DNA of 64,000 bases from Hemiscyllium ocellatum (taxonomy: Eukaryota), in assembly GCF_020745735.1 (NCBI RefSeq), contig NW_026867486.1, positions 62,001 to 126,000 of the forward strand, given 5' to 3'. The stretch's first letter is position 1. Each line of letters starts with the position of its first letter. Below, in pieces: positions 25,045 through 39,070 of this stretch. Position numbers and translations under genes: made by a program. The notes under the pieces were generated by a model, which searched no databases, had not been told where the DNA came from, and saw only the letters and a program-made list of their open reading frames with translations.

Positions 25045-25510
25045 GAGAGTCATACAGATGTATAGTACACAAAGAGACCCTATGTGCAACTGGTGCATGC
25101 CGAGCACATAGCCAAAATTGATCTAGTCCGATGTGCCAGCACGTCCCTCCAAACCCTTCCCATTCATATTCCCATCCAGATGCCTTTTAAATGTTGCAAT
25201 TGTCCCAGCCTCCACCACTTCCTCTGGCAGCTCATTCCATACACGCACCACCCTCTGACTGACAAAGTTGCCCCTTAGGTCCTTTTTATGTCTTTTCCCC
25301 TCTCACCTCTAGTTCTGGACTCTCCCGCCCCAGGGAAAAGACCTTGTCTATTCACCCTATCCATGCCCCTCATCATTTTATAAACCTCAATAAGGTCACC
25401 CCTCAGCCTCCGATGCTCGAGGGAAAACAGCCCCAGCTTATTTAGCCACTCCCTATAGCTCAAACCCTGGCAACATCTTTGTAAACATTTTCTGAACCCT
25501 TTCAAGTTTC
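25045..25510 (-). mobile_element. CR1 3' fragment (mirror ~36600-37070)
   Basis: LGLFSLEHRRLRGDLIEVYK. Confidence 0.9.
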
Positions 25511-25649
25511 GTTTAACTGCACAGTAAAATCATACTGGACTTGGATATATCTCGTGTTACTCTGCAATATGTATTTATTTATGGTTGTATAAATTTGATT
25601 TATAATTTATTTCTAGTTATATCATAGAGTGTTGTAGCCATGTTATGTG

Positions 25650-26201
25650 TTCAAAGTTTGGGAGAAGATAGTAGTGTTATGGATGCGGATCATTAGCTGT
25701 TTTCCTGTTTGTCCTATGTAGTGTTTTGTGCAGTCCTTATTGTGTACAAAATCCCATGCAAGGACTGCACAAAACACTACATAGGACAAACAGGAAGACA
25801 GCTAACGATCCGCATCCATGAATACCAACTAGCCACGAAACGACACGACCAGCTATCCTTGGTAGCCATACACGCAGATGACAAATCAACATGAATTCGA
25901 CTGGGACAACACTAGTATTATAGGACAAGCCAAACCGAGAACAGCCAGGGAATTCCTAGAGGCATGGCACTCATCCACAGATTCAATCAATAAGCACATC
26001 GACCAGACCCAATATACCGACCACTGCAGCGGACAGCTGGAACTGACAACCGGAAGTGGGCAGAGACAAACCACTATAAATGCCGGAGGAAAGATCACAG
26101 AAGCGCTTCACAGGAGGCTCCCAAGCACTGAGGATGTCACCTAGACAGGGGACGAAACGTCTGCAATACAAACTCCCAGTTCGGCGAACAGAACCACAAC
26201 A
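25650..26201 (+). mobile_element. Second Penelope family: GIY-YIG 3' end with inverted 5' piece
   Basis: VYKIPCKDCTKHYIGQTGRQLTIRIHE and AREFLEAWHS..SINKH. Confidence 0.9.
26125..26164 (+). ncRNA. Minimal type I hammerhead ribozyme motif
   Basis: gca CTGAGGA t gtcacct agac aggggac GAAA c GTC tgc: complete catalytic core, stem I gca/tgc, stem II, palindromic ACGT stem III. Confidence 0.75.
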
Positions 26202-26526
26202 TGTCATGTATTTCCAGTCATACCCGTTACAGGACAGGAGAATACTGGGCTCAATGCTGACTCTGTAGATGAATCTAGTCAGACTCATTCCTCTCTATAT
26301 CCAGAGAGTCCTGTAAGTGTATTCCGCTATAGGGTCCCTCCAGTCTCACTTGGGTATTGAGTGACTCCACTACAGTCATCCTCAGAGCGAGCATGTTCTA
26401 GGTCTTGTTACCAAAGCAAAGTTCTTGCTCTGATTCTCTTTCTCCACCCCCCCCACATCTTGGTCTGTCAATATGGTAGAAAGAGAGGCGGGGGGGGCAG
26501 ATAACTAGGTTAGCAAACTGCATGAG

Positions 26527-26850
26527 GGTGGCATGGTGGCTCAGTAGGTAGCACCGATGCCTCATAGTGCCAGGGACCTGGGTTCAATTCCAGCCTCGGG
26601 CGACTCTCCGTGTGGGTTTCCCCCGAGTGCGCCGGTTTCCTCCCACAGTCCAACCTTGTGCAGGTGAGGGTGGGTTGGCCATGCTAAATTGCCCAGAGTG
26701 TTCAGGGATGTGTAGCTTAGGTGCACGTGTCAGGGGTAAATATAGGGGAATGGGTCTGGGTGGGATACTCATCACAGGGTCGGTCTGGACTTGTTGGGTC
26801 GGTATGGACTTGTTGGGCCAAAGGGCCTGTTTCCACACTGTAGGGGTTCT
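26527..26850 (+). mobile_element. HE1 SINE (mirror ~34985-35290)
   Basis: ggtggcatggtggctcagt..ggttcaattcc head and gggcctgtttccacactgtagg tail. Confidence 0.9.
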
Positions 26851-27058
26851 AATTCACTTTTCTTGGAGCTAGATCTGCCAAATGTCAGGAATCAGAAAAA
26901 TTGGGAGGGAGCGTATTAGGTACGGCAGTAGGGAGAGTGTGGGGGATGGAGACTCACAGATTTTGGGTTATGGGCGTGGAATGAATATTCCGTGAAATCG
27001 ATCTGTTAAACTCTGAGATTCTACGTGATACTGACAGCGATGACTTTCTAATTGACAG

Positions 27059-27675
27059 GCTTTCACAGGAGGATTTACCTGCATATCTTGAACTAATTGC
27101 CTCAGCCAGCTTGACTCATTGGGACTGGAATTTTATCGATCTTTTGAGTGGAGAAGGAGGATTGTCCCGCCTGCTTCCAGAGATCTGACTGGTAAAGCAC
27201 TGAGATGCCGCTGTTCGAGGGTGGAGGGAGCTTTACCGGAGCGGAGAGTTAGCCAGCCGGCCCCCCGCAGCAGAGTGGGACGTCAGAGGGAGCGTCGAAC
27301 CTGGAGGGAGCCCGCGCCGTGGGGAAACCGTGGAAGTGTGGGGAATGCGGGAAGGGGTTTCGAGTCCCCTCTGAGCTGGAGATCCACCGGCGCGGTCACA
27401 CCGGGGACAGGCCGTTCTCCTGCCCCGAGTCCGGCAAGGCCTTCATTGGGTCCTCCAAGCTGCTGAGGCACCGGCGGGTCCACACCGGGGACAGGCCGTA
27501 CCCCTGCCCCGAGTGTGGCAAGGCCCTTCACCCAGCTGTCCCACCTGCAGACGCACCGGCGCCTCCACACACCAGGGAGAGGCCTCTCACCTGCCCCGGG
27601 GGCGGCAAGGCCTTCAATCGATCGCCGACCCTGCGGACGCACAGGCGCCTTCCCAACGTGATCGCACGGAGTTGA
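27059..27675 (+). pseudogene. C2H2 zinc-finger exon, 4 degenerate fingers
   Basis: Acceptor gatgactttctaattgacag at ~27057. [13 protein letters not shown]... with the ATG changed to GTG, Cys lost in two fingers, and a frameshift. Confidence 0.85.
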
Positions 27676-28244
27676 AGTCTGCAGCGAATCCCACCCAGGA
27701 CTGGGGGGGATCGTGCCCCGTGGGGGGATTGTGCCCCGTTCGAAGACAGTGGGTGAAGCGGGAAGGGAGCGAGGCTTCCTTTCTGCCAGACTGGCCGCTC
27801 TCGCTCCCTTTGCTTCCCGTGGGACCGATGCTGTTTGAGGCTGGGACTGCACGTTCCCCGGGCCAAAGATCTGCAGGAGCTGAGGAAGTGCACTCCTTTC
27901 ACACCGGATGGTAAATCATGTTTGTCCCATCTATTTCAGTCTTAAATACCCTCCGTGACCTGGCCTCCCAGCCTCCTGTGGCAGTGAATTCCACAGATTC
28001 CCCACTCTCTGTCTGAAGAGGTTTCTCCTTATCTCCGTTCTAAAAGGGCTAAGGCTGTGCCCTCGGCTCCTGGTCTCTCCTACCAATGGAAACATCTTCC
28101 CAATGGCCACAGATAGATCAAAGTCAAATACAATAGCCTCTATTCCATTGAGTGTCCAGCACATTTTATAACACTTTGTAAAATCAGGAGGGCCATTGAT
28201 GAGGTGAGTGGCAGGTGTCTTTTCCCGATAGAATAAAGAATATT

Positions 28245-30797
28245 CCAGCACAGGAACAGGCCCTTCGGCCCTCCAAGCCTACACCGATCCAGATCCTCTA
28301 TCTAAACCTGCTGCCTATTTTCTCAGGATCTGTATCCCTCTGCTCCCTGCCCTTTCATGTATCTGTTGAGATACATCTTAAATGACACCATCGTTCCCGT
28401 CCCTACCATCTCCGCTGGCAACACATTCCAGGTACCCAGCACCCTCTGCGTAAAGAACTTTCCATACATATCTTAAATCTTTCCCCTCTCACTTTGAACT
28501 CATGACCCCAGGTAACTGAGTCCTCCACTCTGGGGAAAAACATTTCTTGCTTTCCACCCTGTCATGATTTTGTTGGCCTCAATCTGGTCCCCTCTCAACC
28601 TCCGTCTTTCCAATGAAAATAATCCTGATCTATTCAACCTCTCTTCATAGTTAGCATCCTCCATACCAGGTAACATCCTGGTGAACCTCCTGTGCACCCT
28701 CTCCAAAGCATCCACATCCATTTGGTAATGTGGCGACCAGAACTGTACGTGGTATTCCAAATCTGGCCGAAACAAAGTCTCGTATAACTGTAACATGACC
28801 TGCCAACTCTTGTACTCAATACTCTGTCCGATGAAGGAAAGTGTGCCATATGCCGCCTTGACCACTCTACTGACCTGCATTGCCATCTTCAGGGAACAAT
28901 GGGCCTGAACACCCAGATCTCTCTCTACATCAGTCTTCCCCAGGACTTTTCCATTTACTGTATAGTTCGCTCTAGAATTGGATCTTCCAAAATGCATCAC
29001 CTCACATTTGTCCGGATTGAACTCCATCTGCCATTTCTCTGCCCAACTCTCCAGTCTATTCTCCATTCTGCTGTATTCTCTGACAGTCCTCTTCACTATC
29101 TGCTACTCCACCAATCTTAGTGTCAACTGCAAACTTGCTAATGAGGCAACCTACACCTTCCTCCAAATCATTTAGATATATCACAAACAGCAGTGTTCCC
29201 AGCACGGAGCCCTGTGGAACACCACTGGTCACCGTCTCAGTTTTGAGAAACTCCCTTCCAATACTACTCCCTGTCTCCTGTTTCCCAACCAGTTCTCTAT
29301 CCATCTAGCTAGAATACCCTGGACCCCATGTGATTTCACCTTTTCCATCAGCCTACCGTGGGGAACCTTGTCAAATGCCCAAGTAAAGTCCATGTCTATG
29401 ACATCTGCAGCCTTTCCCTCATCAATCAATTTTGTCATTTCCTTGTAGAATTGTATTGAGTTGCTAAGACATGACCTTCCCTGAACAAAACCATGCTGCC
29501 TATCACTCATAAGCTCATTTTCTTCCAAATGTAAACAGATCTTATCCCTCAGTATCTTCTCCAGCAGCTTCCCTACCACTGACATCCAGCTCACAGGTCT
29601 GTAATTACCTGGATTATCCCTGCGACCCTTCTGAAACAAGGGGAAAACATTATCAATTCTCCAGTCCTCTGGGACCTCACCTGTGTTCAAGGAAGCTGCA
29701 AAGATATCTGTTAAGGCCCAAGCTATTTCCTCTCTCGCTTCCCTCAGTAACCTGGGATAGATCCCATCAGGACCTGGGGACTTTGACCACCTTAATGCCT
29801 TTTTAGAATACACATCACTTCCTCCTCCTTATGCCGACTTGCCCTAGAGTATTCAAAGATCTATCCCTAACGTCAACATCCACCATGTCCCTCTCCTCGG
29901 TGAATCCTGACACAAAGTACTCATTAAGAATCTTGCCCATTTTCTCTGACTCCACACACATCTTTCCTCCTTCGTCCTTGAGTGGGCCCACCCTTTCTCT
30001 AGTTACCCTCTTGCTCCTTCTATATGAATAAAAGGCTTTGGGGTTGTCCTTAATCTTGCTCGCTAAGGATATCTCATCGCCCCTTTTAACCCTCTTAATT
30101 CCTCATTTTTAGATTGGAAGAATATCGGGAAAGTAGGACCAAAGCTTTGTCTGTCTTCAGTCGCCTAGACCTTATGTATGCTTCCTTTTTCCTCTCAGCA
30201 AGTCTCACAATTTCACCTGTCATCCATGGTTCCCTAATCTTGCCAATTCCATCCCTCATTTTCACAGAGACATCTCTCTCCTGAACTCGAATCAATTCTC
30301 TTTAAGAGCCTCCCAAATATCGAATATGGATTTTCCTTCAAAAAGCTGCTCCCAATCCACACTTCCCCAGCTCCTGCTGAATTTGGGGATAGTTGGCCTT
30401 TCCCCAATAAGCACTCTTCCTTTCGGACCACTCTCGTCTTTGTCCATGAGTATTCTAAACCTTACGGAATTGTGATCCCTATCCCCAACGTAATCCCCAC
30501 CTGAAACTTCACCCACCTGGCCGGGTTCATTCCCCAACACCAGGTCCAATATGGCCCCTTCCCGAGTTGAACTATTTACATACTACTCTGGAAACCCTCC
30601 TGGATTCTCCTTACAAATTCTGCTCCTCTAACAGTAAGTGAATCCCAGTCAATGTTGGGAAAATTAAAATCTCCTCTCACCACCACCTATCCTACATCTT
30701 TCCATGATCTGTTGGCATATTTGTACCTCAATCTTACGCTCACTATTGTAGTATAACCCCAACATTGTTACTGCACCCTTCGTATTTCTGAGCTCTG
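28245..30797 (-). mobile_element. CR1 LINE ORF2 (endonuclease 3' part, RT, 3' UTR), degenerate
   Basis: KSPGPDGIYPRLLRE, GNYRPVS, QHGFVQGRSCL, SGVPQGSVLG, WAEKWQMEFNPDKC. Confidence 0.93.
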
Positions 30798-32300
30798 CTG
30801 AAAATGTGTTGCTGGTTAAAGCACAGCAGGTTAGGCAGCATCTAAGGAATAGGAAATTCGACGTTGAGCATAAGCCCTTCATCAGGAATGAGGCGAGTTT
30901 GCCAAGCAGGCTAAGATAAAAGGTAGGGAGGAGGGACTTGGGGGAGGGGCGATGGAGATGTGATAAGTGGAAGGAGGTCAAGGTGAGGGTGATAGGCCGG
31001 AGTGGGGTGGGGGCGGAGAGGTCAGGAAGGAGATTGCAGGTTAGGAGGGCGGTGCTGAGTTGAGGGAACCGACTGAGACAAGGTGGGGGGAGGGGAAATG
31101 AGGAAACTGGAGAAATCCGAGTTCATTCCTTGTGGTTGGAGGGTTCCCATCCTCCTCCAGCCGTCGTGTTGTTATGTTCTGCCGGTGCAGGAGTCCAAGG
31201 ACCTGCATGTCCTCGGTGGAGTGGGAGGGAGAGTTAAAGTGTTGAGCCACGGGGTGGTTGGGTTGGTTGGTCCGGGCGTCCCAGAGGTGTTCTCTGAAGC
31301 GTTCAGCAAGTAAGCGGCCTGTCTCCCCAATATAGAGGAGGCCACATCGGGTGCAGCGGATGCAATAGATGATGTGTGTGGAGGTACAGGTGAACTTGTG
31401 GCGGATATGGAAGGATCCCTTGGGGCCTTGGAGGGAAGTGAGTGTGGAAGTGTGGGCGCAAGTTTTACATTTCCTGCGGTTGCAGGGGAAGGTGCCGGGA
31501 GTGGAGGTTGGGTTGGTGGGGGGTGTGGACCTGACGAGGGAGTCACGAAGGGAGTGGTCCTTGCGGAACGCTGATAGGGGAGGGGAGGGAAATATATCCC
31601 TGGTGGTGGGGTCCGTTTGGAGGTGGCGGAAATGACGGCGGATGATAGGTTGTATGCGGAGGTTGGTGGGGTGGTAGGTGAGAACCAGTGGGGTTCTGTC
31701 TTGGTGGCGGTTGGAGGAGCGGGGCTCAAGGGCGGAGGAGCGGGAAGTGGAGGAGATGCGGTGGAGGGCATCGTCAATCACGTCTGGGGGGAAATCTATG
31801 GTCCTTGAAGAAGGAGGCCATCTGGGCTGTGCGGTGTTGGAACTGGTCCTCCTGGGAGCAGATGCGGCGGAGACGAAGGAATTGGGAATATGGGATGGAG
31901 TTTTTACAGGGGGCAGGGTGGGAGGAGGTGTAGTCCAGGTAGCTGTGGGAGTCAGTCGGTTTATAGTAGATGTCTGTGTTGAGTCGGTCGCCCGAGATAG
32001 AGATGGAAAGGTCTAGGAAGGGGAGGGAGGAGTCTGAGACAGTCCAGGTGAATTTGAGGTCGGGATGGAAGGTGTTAGTAAAGTTGATGAACTGTTCAAT
32101 CTCCTCGTGGGAGCACGAGGCAGCGCCGATACAGTCATCGATGTAGCGGAGGAAAAGGTGGGGGGTGGTGCCAGTGTAGTTGCGGAAGATGGACTGTTCC
32201 ACATATCCTACGAAGAGGCAGGCATAGCTGGGGCCCATGTGGGTGCCCATGGCAACTCCTTTAGTTTGGAGGAAGTGGGAGGATTGAAAAGAGAAGTTCT
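30797..32300 (-). mobile_element. Young 5'-truncated Penelope-like element (RT C-terminus, GIY-YIG, terminal repeat)
   Basis: MGPSYACLFVGYVE, LRYIDD, YYKPTDSHSYLDY, IIYCIRCTRCGLLYIGETGR. Only a few lesions. Confidence 0.95.
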
Positions 32301-33725
32301 TCGATACACGGAAGATAACAAATGTTCATCAAATTGATTCCTGAGAGGAGAGGATTCATGGATCAGGAGGGATCGAGTCGATTGGCAATGAATTCAATAG
32401 GTTTGAACACAATGATGGGGAATCGCATGGGAACCGATAAAATTCCAGGAGGGTTGGGTTCAGATTTTTGGGACATTGGGGCCAGTGCTGGGGGTGGAGG
32501 GACTATTACAAATCAGATGAGCTACACCCGGGCCAGACTGGAACCAATGTCCTTGGGGGTGCTTTTGCTAACGCTGCTGGGGAGGGTTTAAACTAATGTG
32601 GCGGGGGATGGGAAACAAATGAGGAGGTTCCTGGTCAGGAAGGAGGTAGTAACTAAAGCCTGTAAGGAGCGAGATAATAAAGTCAGTGTGACAAAGGGGA
32701 AGAGTCACAGGGAACAGATGATGAACGCAAAGGGACAGGTGGTCTGAGGTGCATTTGTTTTAATGCAATAAGTGTAGTAGGTAAGGCAGCTGAACTTAGG
32801 GCTTGGAGTCGTACCTGGGAGGATGATATTGCTAATACTGAGACTTGGTTGAGGAAAGAACAAGATTGGCAAGTAAATATCCCAGGATATCGATGCTTCA
32901 GATGGGATAGAGAGGGAGGTAAAAGAGGTGAAGGAGTGGTATTACTGGTCAGAGAAGCTATCACAGCTGTGCTGAAGGAATGCACTACGAAGGACTCGAG
33001 CAGTGAGGTAATATGGGAAAAGTCCTGGGGAAAACTGATGTAGAGAGAGATCTGTGTGTTCAGGCCCATTGTTCCCTGAAGATGGCAATGCAGGTCAGTA
33101 GAGTGGTCAAGGCGGCATATGGCACACTTTCCTTCATCGGACAGAGTATTGTGTACAAGAGTTGGCAGGTCATGTTACAGTTATACAAGACTTTGTTTCG
33201 GCCAGATTTGGAATACCACGTACAGTTCTGGTCGCCACATTACCAAATGGATGTGGATGCTTTGGAGAGGGTGCACAGGAGGTTCACCAGGATGTACCTG
33301 GTATGGAGGATGCTAACTATGAAGAGAGGTTGAATAGATCAGGATTATTTTCATTGGAAAGACGGAGGTTGAGGAGGGACCTGATTGAGGCCAACAAAAT
33401 CATGAGAGGTATAGACAGGGTGGATAGCAAGAAATGTTTTTCCCCAGAGTGGAGGACTCAGTTACCTGGGGTCATGAGTTCAAAGTGAGAGGGGAAAGAT
33501 TTAAGATATGTATGGAAAGTTCTTTACGCTGAGGGTGCTGGGTACCCGGAATGTGTTGCCAGCGGAGATGGTCGGGACGGGAACAATGGCGTCATTTAAG
33601 ATGTATCTCAACAGATACCTGAAAGGGCAGGGAGCAGAGGGATACAGATCCTGAGAAAATAGGCAGCAGGTTTAGATAGAGGATCTGGATCGGTGTAGGC
33701 TTGGAGGGCCGAAGGGCCTGTTCCT
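32301..33725 (+). mobile_element. CR1 5' region (ORF1 end and endonuclease start) fused directly to the RT 3' end
   Basis: LRCICFNA and TETWL..IPGYRCFRWDREGGKRGEGVVLLVRE, then a jump at ~33017 to KVLGKTDVERDL. Confidence 0.88.
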
Positions 33726-34141
33726 GTGCTGGAATATTCTTTATTCTATCGGGAAAAGACACCTGCCACTCACCTCATCAATGGCCCTCCTGATTTTACA
33801 AAGTGTTATAAAATGTGCTGGACACTCAATGGAATAGAGGCTATTGTATTTGACTTTGATCTATCTGTGGCCATTGGGAAGATGTTTCCATTGGTAGGAG
33901 AGACCAGGAGCCGAGGGCACAGCCTTAGCCCTTTTAGAACGGAGATAAGGAGAAACCTCTTCAGACAGAGAGTGGGGAATCTGGGGAATTCACTGCCACA
34001 GGAGGCTGGGAGGCCAGGTCACGGAGGGTATTTAAGACTGAAATAGATGGGACAAACATGATTTACCATCCGGTGTGAAAGGAGTGCACTTCCTCAGCTC
34101 CTGCAGATCTTTGGCCCGGGGAACGTGCAGTCCCAGCCTCA

Positions 34142-34771
<630 letters not shown>

Positions 34772-35607
34772 TGTAAATTAGAAAGTCATCGCTGTCAGTA
34801 TCACGTAGAATCTCAGAGTTTAACAGATCGATTTCACGGAATATTCATTCCACGCCCATAACCCAAAACCTGTGAGTCTCCATCCCCCACACTCTCCCTA
34901 CTGCCGTACCTAATACGCTCCCTCCCAATTTTTCTGATTCCTGACATTTGGCAGATCTAGCTCCAAGAAAAGTTTAAGAATTAGAACCCCTACAGTGTGG
35001 AAACAGGCCCTTTGGCCCGACAAGTCCAGACCGACCCTGTGATGAGTATCCCACCCAGACCCATTCCCCTATATTTACCCCTGACACGTGCACCTAAGCT
35101 ACACATCCCTGAACACTCTGGGCAATTTAGCACGGCCAACCCACCCTCACCTGCACAAGGTTGGACTGTGGGAGGGAACCGGAGCACTCGGGGGAAACCC
35201 ACACGGAGAGTCGCCCGAGGCTGGAATTGAACCCAGGTCCCTGGCACTATGAGGCATCGGTGCTACCTACTGAGCCACCATGCCACCCTCATGCAGTTTG
35301 CTAACCTAGTTATCTGCCCCCCCACTCTCTTTCTACCATATTGACAGACCAAGATGTGGGGGGGGGGGAAAGAGAATCAGAGCAAGAACTTTGCTTTGGT
35401 AACAAGACCTAGAACATGCTCGCTCTGAGGATGACTGTAGTGGAGTCGATCAATACCCAAGTCAGACTGGAGGGACCCTATAGAGGAATACACTTACAGG
35501 ACTCTGTGGACATACAGAGCAATGAGTCTGACGAGATTCATCCACAGAGTCAGCATTGAGACCAGTATTCTCCTGTCCTGTAACGGGTATGACTGGAAAT
35601 ACATGAC

Positions 35608-36460
35608 ATGTTGTGGTTCTGTTCGCCGAGCTGGGAGTTTGTATTGCAGACGTTTCGTCCCCTGTCTAGGTGACATTCTCAGTGCTTGGGAGTCTCCTGT
35701 GAAGCACTTCTGTGATCTTTCCTCCGGCGTTTATAGTGGTTTCTCTCTGCCCGCTTCCGGTTGTCAGTTCCAGCTGTCCGCTGCAGTGGTCGGTATATTG
35801 GGTCCAGGTCGATGTGCTTATTGATTGAATCTGTGGATGAGTGCCATGCGTCTAGGAATTCCCTGGCTGTTCTCGGTTTGGCTTATCCTATAATAGTAGT
35901 GTTGTCCCAGTCGAATTCATGTTGCTTGTCATCTGCGTGTATGGCTACCAAGGATAGCTGGTCGTGTCGTTTCGTGGCTAGTTGGTGTTCATGGATGCAG
36001 GTCGTTAGCTGTCTTCCTGTTTGTCCTATGTAGTGTTTTGTGCAGGCCTTGCATGGGATTTTGTACACAATAAGGACTGCACAAAACACTACATAGGACA
36101 AACAGGAAGACAGCTAATGATCCGCATCCATAACACTACTATTACAGGACAAGCCAAACAGAGAACAGCCAGGGAATTCCTAGAGGCATGGCACTCACCC
36201 ACAGATTCAATCAATAAACACACCGACCTGGACCCAATATACCGGCCACTGCAGCGGACAGCTGGAACTGACAACCGGAAGTGGCAGAGACAAACCACTA
36301 TAAATGCCGGAGGAAACAACACAGAAGTGTTTCACAGGCGACTCCCAAGCACTGAGGATGTCACCTAGACAGGGGACGAAACGTCTGCAACACAAATTCC
36401 CAGCTCGGCAAACAGAACCACAACAATGAGCAGCCGAGCTACAAATCTTCTCCCAAACTT
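35608..36460. mobile_element. Fold-back Penelope element (two inverted GIY-YIG 3' ends)
   Basis: 35608-36062 is the reverse complement of ~36072-36425, apart from an internal deletion. Confidence 0.9.
36349..36388 (+). ncRNA. Minimal type I hammerhead ribozyme motif
   Basis: Same sequence as 26125-26164, with intact core. Confidence 0.75.
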
Positions 36461-38380
36461 TGAATACATAACATGGCTACAACACTATGATATAACTAGA
36501 AATAATTATAAATCAAATTTATACAGTCGTAAATAAATACATATTGCATAGTAACACTATGATATATCCCTGTCCAGTATGACTTTTACTGTTCAGTTAA
36601 ACGAAACTTGAAAGGGTTCAGAAAATGTTTACAAAGATGTTGCCAGGGTTTGAGCTATAGGGAGTGGCTAAATAAGCTGGGGCTGTTTTCCCTGGAGCAT
36701 CGGAGGCTGAGGGGTGACCTTATTGAGGTTTATAAAATGATGAGGGGCATGGATAGGGTGAATAGACAAGGTCTTTTCCCTGGGGTGGGAGAGTCCAGAA
36801 CTAGAGGTGAGAGGGGAAAAGACATAAAAAGGACCTAAGGGGCAACTTTGTCAGTCAGAGGGTGGTGCGTGTATGGAATGAGCTGCCAGAGGAAGTGGTG
36901 GAGGCTGGGACAATTGCAACATTTAAAAGGCATCTGGATGGGAATATGAATGGGAAGGGTTTGGAGGGACGTGCTGGCACGTTGGACTAGATAAATTTTG
37001 GCTATGTGCTCGGCATGCACCAGTTGCACATAGGGTCTCTTTGTGTGCTATACATCTGTATGACTCTCAATGCTGTCCAGGTGAGTCAGTGATGTTATAA
37101 CAACAACACTGGACCAGCAATCCAGAGGCCCCAGGCAAATAATCTGGGCTCATGGGTTCAAATACCAGTAAAAACAAACCTTGGGGAAATTAAATTTATT
37201 TTTTTAAAATCTGAATTGAAAACTAGTCTCAGTCATTGAGAGAATGAAACTTTTCTGAAAACCCATTTGAATCAATAACGCTCTTCAGGGAAGGAAACCC
37301 GCTAGCATTAACTTGGTGCTGCCTGCATATGATGGCTCACGTGCTTGACTTTTAAAATGCCCCCTAAAGTCTGGCAATCCTCTTGTCTGAAGGGCAGTTA
37401 GGGACAAAAACATTGTTGGCCTTGCCAAAAAAAAAGCCCACATTCCATGAAGGAGTTTTTCTCGAATGTGACTTCACATCTGCGAATGGGTCACATCAGA
37501 ACATCCAGACAAATAAGCACCAAAATGTCTGGTGCTGCAAGAGTACAGCAGGTCAGCCAGCATCTGAGGAGCAGGAGGTTTGATGTTTTTGGCATAACCC
37601 CTTGATTAGGAATGTGGGGTGGGCCCAAAGGGACTGAGAGATAAATGGGAGGGAGGTGGGACTGGGGGAAGGGAGCTGAGAATGCTATGGGTAGATGAAA
37701 GCGGGGGAAGAAGGTGACAGGTCAGAGAGGAGGGTGGAGCAGATAGATGGGAAGGCAGATGGACAGGTGGGACAGTTCAAAAGAACAGTCCCAAGTTCGA
37801 GGGTTGTATCTGGGATTGGGCTGGGGGGTTGGGGGGGGGGGTGTCGGAATGAGGAAACTGGTGAAATCAATATTGATCCTGTATGGTTGGAGGGTCCCAA
37901 TGCAGAGGCATTCTTCCTCCAGGTATCAGGTGGCCTAGGACCCTGCAACCACATGGCATCAACATCGATTTCACCAGTTTCCTCACATTCCCTCCCCCCT
38001 CCCACCCCAGCTCCAACCCTCCAACTCAGCACCACCCTCTTGAACTGTCCCACCTGTCCATCTTCCTTCCCACCAATCTGCTCCACCCTGTCGCCATCAC
38101 CCCCCACAACCTGCATCTACCTTACCCCCAGCCCCACTCCCACCTTCCTATTTATCTCTCAGCACCTTTTCCACCCCCCCCCACCCCCCTCCGCAATTCC
38201 TGATGAAGGACACGAGAGAGACACAGACACAGAGGGACAGAGACAGCGATCTAGACCAATGCATCCAGCATATGCACCTTTCCTGAGTTCACCTCCTTTC
38301 ACTTCACTTCCTACAAACCAACAGTTTAATCCCAAAATGAGAAAAGAAATGGAATAGGAGGGGTGAGAAGAGAGGGTGCT

Positions 38381-38856
38381 GTACTCACAGAGGTTGGTGC
38401 AGTCTGGGGTAACACTCAATCTTCATTCAGAGAGAGAGAGAGAGAGAGAGCAGCAGGAGCTCATGCTCCAACTTCCGCATTCAGACAATGAGGGGATGCT
38501 CTGATTGGTAGGAGGACCAGCCTTCCTTCCGGTCCTCCAAAGCTCCCCATTGGTCCTGCCTCCCCGTGTCGAGCTGAAGGGAGGGGCGCGTTGGGGTTGG
38601 TGGAGGAGAGAGGTCACGTGGGCGTCACAAAGACCAGCACCGCCGCGTGACGCACGGCGCGGTGAACCAATGGGAAAGGCTGGAACGCCGCACGGGCGGG
38701 CGCTCATTCCAATCAACGCGCGGCCTTTGTGACGACGGCGGTCCCTCGATTCACGTGACCGGTTGCTCCTGCACATGCGCCGTTACAGGGGGGCGGTTAA
38801 GGGGAGCTGATGTTGTGTTGGTCTGGAGGGTCCCTGTGTCCAGGAAGAGGTGAGTG
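38381..38856. promoter_or_regulatory. Putative bidirectional CpG promoter with divergent first exons (arm A')
   Basis: CACGTG at 38615 and 38752, four CCAAT/ATTGG boxes, NRF1-like site at 38770, ETS site at ~38471. Donors GAG|GTGAGT at 38850 (plus) and GTGAGTAC at 38388 (minus). Confidence 0.72.
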
Positions 38857-39039
38857 TGGCTCAGTCAATGAGCATCAGTCTGACCCTGCTGGAGCATGGG
38901 TGAAGGTGGGATATTAGGTACAGCAAGAGTTAAAGAGTGTGTGGGATGGAGATTTACAGCTTTTTTAGGTAATAAGTCCCTTTCTGGACAATACTGGGGG
39001 ATGGGTAATATCAGACACAGCAGAGTGAGAATTGAAGAA

Positions 39040-39070
<31 letters not shown>

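Larger units (their letters stand above)
16440..28954 (+). repeat. Segmental duplication arm A (left arm of palindrome)
   Basis: Reverse complement of 33013-46064 throughout, confirmed by mirrored ORF translations. 16440-21330 also matches 59180-64000 directly. Confidence 0.95.

Noticed and set aside
37695-38357. 220-aa ORF
   Set aside because: Spans two inverted Penelope fragments and low-complexity sequence.
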